A stretch of 64,000 nt of DNA from an uncultured virus (IMG/VR IMGVR_UViG_3300020530_000425) (Duplodnaviria > Heunggongvirae > Uroviricota > Caudoviricetes). Position 1 is the first letter of the stretch, and the number at the start of each line of letters is the position of its first letter. The position numbers were made by a program, and so were the translations under genes. The notes under the pieces are model-generated. The model was not told where the DNA came from, did no database searches, and worked only from the letters and a program-made list of their open reading frames with translations. This document shows positions 39,601-47,600 of the stretch, one piece after another. Location of the stretch: IMG/VR virus record IMGVR_UViG_3300020530_000425. One strand, 5' to 3'.

Positions 39601-39836
39601 GTTTCACAATGTTTAGAACATTCGGTAAATAACCAACTTATTTCTCTAACCAATTCAGGAGATAATTCCAATTTAGCATGAGCAATATCTCCTGCTAAAT
39701 AAATGATTGAATCTTCCGTACCTCTTTTACGAATCTCCTCAAACATTTTTTCAAACACTTGCCGATACTCATTGTGTCTTTTCACATTACGGATGTGTAT
39801 ATCTGCAATATGATAAATCTTTTTTAATCTACTCAT
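36678..39836 (-). CDS. Fused SbcD/Mre11 nuclease and SbcC/Rad50 ATPase (gp47-gp46-like)
   Basis: ADIH, AGDI, GNHD, LGDIH; Walker A NAAGKSS; coiled coil with CEFC hook; CSGME signature; VIDEG. Confidence 0.93.
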   Translation of the reverse strand: MSRLKKIYHIADIHIRNVKRHNEYRQVFEKMFEEIRKRGTEDSIIYLAGDIAHAKLELSPELVREISWLFTECSKHCETILITGNHDCNMNNSDRLDVLTPIVEALNLPNFTYLKDTQVYGIGGVDFGVFSIFDRKENWPKGNTLSSNKKIALFHGPVDNSQTDIGYTVSSRHFTTEMFDGYDLALLGDIHKRQTMISPSGCKIVYAGSLIQQNFGETLDKHGFLVWDLDSMKYEEVDIQNDYGYYTMDVDNGKVPIVTDMPKKPRLRVRLSNTDSADTKKVMAEIKMRYGIEDFTIIRTDSLSKSKTGDRLNKLDFEDISDINYQNSLINEYIERMMPFVVPEDLKGLELINRDINSRIVQDDIQRNIQWKPIRFEFSNMFSYGEKNKIDFTKLNGLVGLFAPNAAGKSSLFDAVSFCLYDKSSRAYKASNILNNRKTEFDCTLYFQIDGVDYGIQRTAKTINKGKNVKVDVQFWRQDGDTKTSLNGTERRDTNQIIEQYVGKYEDFVLTALSLQGNNALFIDKSQSERKDLLAQFMGLTIFDKLYDTATEDIREVSVLIKNFKKTDFTTELAEKGKELIEKKSQLKSLETLLNNKNIEVTDLNDKIVGLSRELTPIDSNLDLPKLELSKTNLKTQIENLYKEYNTKENKIIECSTILTEVSHSLVNNKTFKVEEVDVDIETVYSKYISIKNEVLEAENSYQKLKYIEETLNEKILHLEEHKYDPNCEFCCDNVFVKDAINAKDELVILKNKLNTSKNIVNSIQFKLNTLDGVDTQYSEYNELKNTYSKSKIVLEKTEVELDALKTKEQLLENQLNTINENINKYYENEDTISKNKQIESVISELNKTKNNIGIEINKLNKDITNLNGSISSISSFIEDIKQKMNDVKVLEEKNRLYTYYLDAVKRDGIPYELISKALPVIENEVNNILAQVVDFGVTMEMDGKSINAKIVYDDQEWGLEMCSGMEKFVSGLAIRVALINVCNLPRPNFLVIDEGFGTLDSDNLSSLFMMMQYLKTQFDFIWIISHLEQMRDIVDGLIEIKKENGYSKINF

Positions 39837-40774
39837 AAACTATTTATTTTATTTAATAGTAATTCTTCCGAAGTAAATTCTTTAGTTTTATTTAGTTCTT
39901 CGTAGAATTTTTCATACCCCATATCTGCGGCATCTTTATCTTTCAAATACATCATTTTAACTTGAATCCCATTTTTTCTAAAGTATTCTGCAGCTTTTAA
40001 TGCGTCAGTCATTGCATCGTTATCTAATGATATAATAATGTTGCTTACTCCACTCATAAAGATTTTTTCAACCAATTGTTTTGATGGAAACTTACCTAAA
40101 AGTGGAATTGCATTTCTTTTAATTGTAATTGCATCAAATACACCTTCACATAATATAATTGGCTCATCCCAATTTATCTGTGATTCTAAACAAATTATAT
40201 TTTTACTGATTGGTGGGTTTTTATATTTCATCTTCTCATCTGTATAATAAGAACGAGAAACAAAATAGTTTAGTGAACCTTCTAAACTATAAGATGGTAT
40301 AATTATTCTTCTACTATACAATCCATCTTTACAATAACCAATATTGTATTTAACAATTTCCTTCATACCAATTCCTCTTTGAGAAAGATAGAACATAGCA
40401 TGTTTATATTCTGGATTGAATCCTTTTGGTTCTTCTGCTAATGAAATAAATTCTTTTGGAAGTTGTATAAATACTCGAGTTTCTGCATCTTCTTGTTGTG
40501 GTGTCCAATTACTATCTCCGTATATTTCTCTAATTATTGATATGGTTTTTCTATCCACATCCAATTTACGAAGTAATGATGTTAATTTTTTACCACCACT
40601 ATTACAAGTCCAACAATGCCACTTTTGAGTTTCAGTATTTACTTGTAATTTGGGTTTATGGTGGTTACAAAAAGGGCAATAAAAGGCCAATTCATTACCT
40701 TTCAAATAATTATATGTACCCAACACATTCGATAGTGTGGTTGTAACGAGATTTTTATCAGTTTGATTCAACAC
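39833..40774 (-). CDS. DNA primase (Zn finger plus TOPRIM)
   Basis: CPFC..H..CWTC, CEGVFDA, LDND; GTG start. Confidence 0.92.
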   Translation of the reverse strand: MLNQTDKNLVTTTLSNVLGTYNYLKGNELAFYCPFCNHHKPKLQVNTETQKWHCWTCNSGGKKLTSLLRKLDVDRKTISIIREIYGDSNWTPQQEDAETRVFIQLPKEFISLAEEPKGFNPEYKHAMFYLSQRGIGMKEIVKYNIGYCKDGLYSRRIIIPSYSLEGSLNYFVSRSYYTDEKMKYKNPPISKNIICLESQINWDEPIILCEGVFDAITIKRNAIPLLGKFPSKQLVEKIFMSGVSNIIISLDNDAMTDALKAAEYFRKNGIQVKMMYLKDKDAADMGYEKFYEELNKTKEFTSEELLLNKINSL

Positions 40775-40778
40775 AAAT

Positions 40779-40809
40779 CAAAGATAGTATAAATATTTTA
40801 TATTTCCAA
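40779..40809 (-). promoter_or_regulatory. Bacteroidota-type sigma-A promoter with TATTTATA in its spacer
   Basis: TTG-N20-TATCTTTG (exact TAnnTTTG), 4 nt before the GTG; TATTTATA at 40788-40795. Confidence 0.7.
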
Positions 40810-40814
40810 GTCTT

Positions 40815-41219
40815 TTAAAACCAATCTTCTGGAATGATTTTATCCGCGTATTTGTACCCATTTTTTACACACCAATCTGCGTATGTAGTTTTAGAGTTTT
40901 TTGTGATTTTGTTATTTGAGTTGGAAAATACGAATCTTATATCCAAATTTGGATTTTGAGCCTTAACTAATAGATGTTTTTTCCTATCAGCTGCAACAAA
41001 TCTACCTTTAGTTTCTACAAAAATGCCATTAGGTAATTTGAAATCAGGATTATAAGTGTGGTTTGAAGCGGGTACGATGTAAGGAATCTTTTCAGATTCA
41101 TATTTAACATCGATACCCTTTTCTTTAATTTGACTTGAAATAGTTTCTTCAAGACCAGATTTAAATCCGTGTTTTCTACCAACCCAACTTTTAGATTTTT
41201 TTATAACTTTTTTAGCCAT
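40815..41219 (-). CDS. T7 endonuclease I-like Holliday junction resolvase
   Basis: FKSGLE, YNPDF, VETKGRF, DIRFVF, TYADWC. Confidence 0.92.
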   Translation of the reverse strand: MAKKVIKKSKSWVGRKHGFKSGLEETISSQIKEKGIDVKYESEKIPYIVPASNHTYNPDFKLPNGIFVETKGRFVAADRKKHLLVKAQNPNLDIRFVFSNSNNKITKNSKTTYADWCVKNGYKYADKIIPEDWF

Positions 41220-41225
41220 TAAAAA

Positions 41226-41435
41226 TTATCGTTTTACTGAATCCGAATACTTTGCAAAGGTTTTTTCACCACCTCTACCTGTTTTGAATTTTGCAGCAGT
41301 TAAAACTTGCTCATCTGCTTTTTGCAAATCATTTGTAGAATATGGAGTGTTTGCAGCCTTTCCAGCTTCAAATGAAATTTTATCAACACCTAGTGCCGAT
41401 TGTTGGGTTTTGTATAATTCTTCTAATGTTGCCAT
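41226..41435 (-). CDS. Hypothetical 69-aa protein
   Basis: ORF with TATTTATA 17 nt upstream. Confidence 0.7.
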   Translation of the reverse strand: MATLEELYKTQQSALGVDKISFEAGKAANTPYSTNDLQKADEQVLTAAKFKTGRGGEKTFAKYSDSVKR

Positions 41436-41452
41436 TTGTTTTGTATTTTAAG

Positions 41453-41460
41453 TATAAATA
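41453..41460 (-). promoter_or_regulatory. Candidate late promoter TATTTATA
   Basis: Intergenic, upstream of ATG 41435. Confidence 0.55.
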
Positions 41461-41465
41461 TAAGA

Positions 41466-42632
41466 TTATGTGTCAAATCGTATAATAAAGTTTACAGGAA
41501 TATCTCTTTCCGATTTAATTGGTTGAGGAAGTTTAGCTACCGCAACTAAATCACAATTATCATCGTATAAACCAATTGTTGTGATGAATGGTGTTAAGAA
41601 AGAACCAGTTGAATCGATAGAACTACTTAAATCATAATGTTCAAATCCTGCAAAGTGAGTAGAAGAACTTACAGATGATGTATAACGATAATCCAAAGTA
41701 TTTCCATTTTCTAATATAGATTTTTTACGAATGTACTTAACAGGTTGTTTAGAGTATACTCTATGTGTATTTCCAGAAGAATCTACAAATGATGTATATT
41801 CACCACCTTCCGTTACAACGGCGGATGGGTTTTGTGAAACATTAAATTCATCTTCATTAACAATCAATAGATATTCGTGCTCATAAATTGTTTTGGTGGA
41901 TTTGAATGATAAGTCCCAATTAGATATCAATACATCATTGAGTGCTCGGGTGATTACAATCAACCCTTGGGTATAGAATATATTACCAATTGAATTTGTT
42001 CCTGCTGCGCCTGATAAAAATGGTATATTTTCTACTATCATTACACCACTTTCAATATTAAAACTAACAATATTCATATCATAACTTATACCGTTATATG
42101 TTAGATTAAATATACTGTCTTCTATATCAAACCCCATAAATTGAAAAGAAGCAGTATACGCAGCAGATGCTAAATCTGTAAATATAATTTCATTATCTTG
42201 AATATCTATAGATACTACAGTAATAGTATCTCCCGCAGAATCTATTAAATTTCCAAAGGTATCATCTATATATGTTTTACCATTATCTAATAAATTGATT
42301 GAACCTTTTTTGATTCCTTCTCCAACATATATTTGTGGAATAGATATTACTTTTGCGGAACCACTTAAAAATCTATCTCTACCCGAATTAGAGATTTCGT
42401 ATGTATTATTTTTGGAGCCAAATCTTAAAAATGGGTTATCTTCATTTCCATTATAAAATTGTGCTCTTAATTGACCGTATATAGAATTTTGTGGATATAA
42501 TCCAGATAATGTAGATGAATTTTCATTAGCTTCTAATAAATCTATTTCATTAGAACCACTAGAAAAGTTCCATTCTTTGTAGGCTTTGAAAGGCCTAATA
42601 CTAATATCGGATTTGGGTATTCTTTTTAACAT
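41466..42632 (-). CDS. Putative baseplate/tail structural protein
   Basis: C-terminal PFITTIGLYDD..LVAVAKLPQPIK shared with 42717-43952. Start moved to MLKRIP because the track start lies inside the terminator. Confidence 0.7.
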   Translation of the reverse strand: MLKRIPKSDISIRPFKAYKEWNFSSGSNEIDLLEANENSSTLSGLYPQNSIYGQLRAQFYNGNEDNPFLRFGSKNNTYEISNSGRDRFLSGSAKVISIPQIYVGEGIKKGSINLLDNGKTYIDDTFGNLIDSAGDTITVVSIDIQDNEIIFTDLASAAYTASFQFMGFDIEDSIFNLTYNGISYDMNIVSFNIESGVMIVENIPFLSGAAGTNSIGNIFYTQGLIVITRALNDVLISNWDLSFKSTKTIYEHEYLLIVNEDEFNVSQNPSAVVTEGGEYTSFVDSSGNTHRVYSKQPVKYIRKKSILENGNTLDYRYTSSVSSSTHFAGFEHYDLSSSIDSTGSFLTPFITTIGLYDDNCDLVAVAKLPQPIKSERDIPVNFIIRFDT

Positions 42633-42638
42633 ATCATA

Positions 42639-42646
42639 TATAAATA
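42639..42646 (-). promoter_or_regulatory. Candidate late promoter TATTTATA
   Basis: Between the terminator and ATG 42632. Confidence 0.55.
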
Positions 42647-42655
42647 TAAAGAAAT

Positions 42656-42684
42656 AAAAAACCCCCACCATTTCTGACGGGGGT
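42656..42684 (-). terminator. Rho-independent terminator
   Basis: Minus strand ACCCCCGTCA-GAAA-TGGTGGGGGT then TTTTT; stem with two G-U pairs and a GNRA loop. Confidence 0.85.
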
Positions 42685-42716
42685 GTCCTTCGGTAGCATC
42701 CGTAAGGAATATGTTA

Positions 42717-43952
42717 TTAGAAATCAAGTTTTACTTTTATAGCTACTTCTTTATCAAATGATTTAGCAATTGGTTTAGAAGTTTTAGCTACCGCTAATAA
42801 TTCGTTTGCGTCATTGTACAAACCAACAGTTGTAATATACACATGCGGGTCTCTTTCGAACAACGGTTGTACAAATGCACCTACTGAACCAGTTACGAAT
42901 GTTGGGTTGTTAGAGAAGTTAAATTCTCTATTGTTTGCTCTTACAAAGTAATGCGATGTAGAAACATTTTCAGTTCTACGAGCTTGGAAATCACCACCTC
43001 TTTTTAGTGCATCGTACAATTTCAATGAACCAGATACCGAACCTGATTGATGATATTTTAATGTAGTTGAACCAGCAGCTGCTGATAATTCACCACCAAC
43101 TGATGCTGAAAGTGCAGTTGGGTTTAATAAGATAATACCCATATCAGGATAGAATAAACCATATCCTTGTTGTGTGTAAGTATCTGATACTTGTGCTACT
43201 GATGCAGTTAAGGATGTTCCAATATTCAATGCACCACTAACCATATTATAAACTCTACCAGCAGTTGTTACATTTTCGCCAGTTCCACCTGAATCATCAA
43301 TTAATGAAATATATCCAGCTGAACCTGATAGTGCGATTTGTATATTTCCTGGATCTAATTTTTCTTTATATCTAGCTCTATTAATGTTAAGTACATAGAA
43401 TGATGATAAATCATGTCCTCCTGCGGTTGACCCAGTGTAAACACTAAAATATGCATCAGCTGCATCCAATAATACATTTTTAAATTGATTATAAACTGCA
43501 GTAGTTTGCAAATTGGAATCATCATCTTGAGATAATGTAGGTGCTCCGTTTCCGTTTACATCTCCATACGCGATGGAAAATTGAACCTCTGCAGAAGTTG
43601 ATGAGGTTGCAACATTATATACATCCAAATAATACTTACCACTTACAGAGTTCAACTGTGTAGATGATGTGAAAAAATTAGTCAATGAACCTTCATCACC
43701 ACTCCATATTCCAGAAGTTACAATTTCTGTTCTGTTTGTTACTTTATCAATTGCTCCAAATTTCTTATATATACCATTTGTAATAGTGGTTATATCCGAA
43801 CTAATTTGCTCACCCTGTCCTAAAAATTGGTTTACAATACTAACTAATTCATTTGTATCGATAGGAGTACCTGCTACATTTGATTGTCCTGCCAAGTATT
43901 GAGCTATATTACTTGCTAAAAGGGCTCCTCTATTGTCTCTAATTAATGCCAT
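42717..43952 (-). CDS. Putative baseplate/tail structural protein
   Basis: EFNFSNNPTF, YITTVGLYND..LLAVAKTSKPI; lies in the baseplate cluster. Confidence 0.7.
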   Translation of the reverse strand: MALIRDNRGALLASNIAQYLAGQSNVAGTPIDTNELVSIVNQFLGQGEQISSDITTITNGIYKKFGAIDKVTNRTEIVTSGIWSGDEGSLTNFFTSSTQLNSVSGKYYLDVYNVATSSTSAEVQFSIAYGDVNGNGAPTLSQDDDSNLQTTAVYNQFKNVLLDAADAYFSVYTGSTAGGHDLSSFYVLNINRARYKEKLDPGNIQIALSGSAGYISLIDDSGGTGENVTTAGRVYNMVSGALNIGTSLTASVAQVSDTYTQQGYGLFYPDMGIILLNPTALSASVGGELSAAAGSTTLKYHQSGSVSGSLKLYDALKRGGDFQARRTENVSTSHYFVRANNREFNFSNNPTFVTGSVGAFVQPLFERDPHVYITTVGLYNDANELLAVAKTSKPIAKSFDKEVAIKVKLDF

Positions 43953-43960
43953 AGTTTATT

Positions 43961-44584
43961 TTATTGAACGTAAGTTATCGTTACAGGTATTGTTTGTGAA
44001 CCACCAGTTTCGTTACCATAAACCGTAATTGTAGTTTTGATAGTTGAAGTTAAAGATGGGTTTGGAATAAATTTAAATGTTAATCCTTTAGCAATTGCTG
44101 CGGTTGCAGATATATCATCACCAATAAAAATAGGCACTGAACCTACATCAGATGTTACTCCTTCTCCTACAATATCACCTGCGTTTTTGTTTGATAATAC
44201 AATTGTGTATCCCAAACTTCTATTTCCAGCTGGAGATGTTGTTGGTGATAATGAAACTTCACCACTTCTTTGATTAACTGAAATGGTTGGTATACCAAAT
44301 TCTACAACAGGAATACGAGTTGTATTTTTAGGTAGTGTTACCAATTTATATTTCATTACTTGCGTTTCATCAGGATTGGCTTCCAATACTGGCATATTCT
44401 TAATTGCCGCATCATAATATGCAGAACCAAGTGGATGTGCCGGTTCGTAAAGTGTGTAATCAATCTCATCATCTGCTAACGCAAATTGAGTAATGTTTAA
44501 TCCTTGTCCTGATGCTAATTTTTCTCTACCTTTTTTAGTAAGAATTGCATCAACAGTTAATTCACTATTACTTAAATATCCCAT
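43961..44584 (-). CDS. Putative baseplate/tail structural protein
   Basis: DAILTKKGREKLA...ITQFALADDEIDY resembles the N-terminus of tail-collar fibre domains. Confidence 0.65.
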   Translation of the reverse strand: MGYLSNSELTVDAILTKKGREKLASGQGLNITQFALADDEIDYTLYEPAHPLGSAYYDAAIKNMPVLEANPDETQVMKYKLVTLPKNTTRIPVVEFGIPTISVNQRSGEVSLSPTTSPAGNRSLGYTIVLSNKNAGDIVGEGVTSDVGSVPIFIGDDISATAAIAKGLTFKFIPNPSLTSTIKTTITVYGNETGGSQTIPVTITYVQ

Positions 44585-44606
44585 AATATTTTTATTATTC
44601 TTTGTT

Positions 44607-44614
44607 TATAAATA
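44607..44614 (-). promoter_or_regulatory. Candidate late promoter TATTTATA
   Basis: 22 nt upstream of ATG 44584. Confidence 0.55.
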
Positions 44615-44633
44615 TAATAATTTTTAAATTTCG

Positions 44634-47600
44634 TTATTCTACTTCCAAAATAGGTTCGGAAGAATCTCTACCAGTTTTATTTACTTTTAATGTATTCGGA
44701 TTAGATATAAATGTTTCAATCGGAGAACTACCATCTAGTGTAGTTGCCGCAGTATTTTTAGAACCCTTAAAGAAACTATTTTGTAATCCCCTAGTTAAAT
44801 CGGAAGTAAATTTATTATGCGTTGGTAAATATCCATTTACATTTGTTACTTCTATTACATTGCCCCCAACTGTTGGACTATTTGGTGCACCGAATGGTTG
44901 AATATTTAATCGTGTTTCAGTATAAGTTTGAATATCCGAAACATATCCACCACGTGGGTCTCCCAATCCGTTTGCAGATGCGGTAATTGCAAATTTTTGT
45001 ATAATTCTTTCTTTTTCTTCCGTAACTAATTGTACTTTAATTCGTTCTTTAACAACTCTATTATCTTTATTAAAATAAGTTCTAATCGCGGAACCGTTTT
45101 GTGCGTATATACCAAACCCAATTGTTTCAAATTCAGTTTGTCCTATAACTTGATTGGAATTTATAATATCAATTTCAGTTACAATTGTAGGGGTTCCTAA
45201 ATCTGCATCTATAGTTATTTCTTTTTGATAATAATCCGAATTAAAAACAAAATTAGAATTCATATCAATAGTAGAATCCTGTTGATAATTTTCAGCCAAT
45301 AAATTATTTACCGATGCAGTTGAAATCAATGCTTCATACTGATTGTTTTCTACCGTTAAATTTTCTGATAAATTGGCATCTATTAATGTTTCTTTTTGAA
45401 TATTTTCAAATGAAATAACACTAGTATCAGATAATTTTATTTCAGTTTCTTTCTGATAATCATCTGCAGTAGGTTTTTTGTGAACAACTTTACTTCTTTC
45501 TAAAAAGTGTGGTTCTATTAATAAACCAGTAGTTGCTTTAACCCTCGCAGGCAACATCTTTTTTAAATCTTCAAACATAGATTTCTCATATAGTTTGATT
45601 AGATTTATGTAAGCATATATATCTCTATTATCAAATCTTTGGAAATAATAATTTCTTAAATTATCCAATGATTTATAATTTGGTTTATAATCATCCGATG
45701 GGTCACCAATGTAGTTATCAATATTTAACCCACCAAAAGTTTTAGCAATATCCATATTCAACTCTTTTGTAGGAGAGAAGAATAAACCAACTCTGTTAGA
45801 ATCAGTTGGAGATTGGTCAAATGCTTTTTTAGTTGCTCTACTTTTTGAAGATAAATCTACACCAACACTTCCAGATATTTTTTGATTAGTTAAAGTATAT
45901 TGGTCTTCGAATCTAACTTTATTAGTTGAAAATCTACTCGCTCCACCATCTGGATAATCCATTACAATTGTTCTATCGATTACTTCAAATTGAAATGGAT
46001 ATTCACTTATAGATGGGAAATTAAATGCCGATGCTGATAATAATGGTGTAGTGTTTACCGAATACAATGAAGCAGTAGTTCCATTTTCATAATCATTTCT
46101 AGTCAATCCATTTTCAAAATAAATGTTAGTATCAACATTTATTAACGAAGATGTTTGTGCTAAATTTTTAGGATATTCAAAATCTAAACGGAAATATAAA
46201 TCATCGGTTGAAGATGAAACACTATTTCCATTAATCATTTCAGGAAATGAAACGTGTTCATAAAATCTTTCAGTATCCAATACTTCAGACCATAAACGGA
46301 ATTCATCCACACTACCAATATAGTTTCCACCCAATCTAATTGTAGAACCATTATTCCAATTTGTATAATTAGAAGATGATATTGATTCTTGGAATATAGT
46401 TCTTTCTTTATCGGCTTGTCTTACATCCAATTTTAATCCAGCAGAACCACTACTTACAGATATACCAAAAAATTTACCATTAAATATTGGTAATGTTGAG
46501 GTTTCTATTGATAGTGACCCACTATAATTAAATTTAACTTTACCATAATCACTATTTGTAGAACCACTTAAATTTACATTCCAGCCACTACCACTTATTA
46601 AAGTATATTGGGATGATTCTAATGGTTTTACAAATAATTCAATCGTATTTGGTTTAAGACTAGAAGTATTATTTGTTTGTTTCCACTCCATCTGTATTGA
46701 TGAAGTTAATGCCATGTTAAGACCCGTAGTAATATTATCTATTACCAACTTACTTTTAGATGTATCGTTTATTTCAGGACCTCCAAATTCTAAAATTGAA
46801 AGATTAGATGATGGAATACCATAACATGCCATCAATGCGTGAATACCTCTCCTAGTACCTTTATGTTTTAGTAGATATGGTAAGTTATTTACAATTCTTC
46901 TCCAAACTTCGTTAGTTCTTTGTTTGGCCGGATTTGATTCTTTATCATTACCTTCTTTATCCTTGCCAAATACATAACTCCACAAATCGGCATCAGCTGC
47001 TAAATTTTTAGCATCCCAACTAAATGATTTTAATGTATCAAAAAGTAATTTGTCAGAAATGCCATCTTTTGCTTTATATCCTAAACCTCTACTTTTTTCA
47101 ATTGATTTTGTATGGAAATAGATATTATCAAAATGATGTCCAATCATTGAGAAGAATAATAATAAACTTTCGTTTTCATCATTATTAACAATGAATTGAG
47201 GTATATTGTTTAATACATAATTTGAATTATTGGCATCATATATATTTGCAAGTTCTTCTATATTATTGTACCAATTTTTAACTTCGTTAGATGTACTCAA
47301 TCTTCGATTAGCACCATTGTAGGGCCAACTTAAAGAAGATGATGTGTATAAGAATTTTTCAAATCCATCAAATCCGTTTATTAATTGATTTTTCTTTAAT
47401 TGTTGTCTTTCTGCTTCTTGTATAGATGGTAACGAACCACTATGTGCCTGTGATGCGTTAGCTGCTGATAGAGCAGTTTCATATAATTCAATTAGTTGTA
47501 TTTTATATACAAAGTTATCAATACGTTCATTTGCAGAACTGAAATGAACAAAATTCTCCCATAAATAAGTAGAACCAGACGAGTATTCGATATTTAATTC

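Noticed and set aside
42633..42671. Track start MVGVFYFFIF as a signal peptide
   Set aside because: This extension is the terminator stem, U-tract and promoter motif; the ATG at 42632 is preferred.
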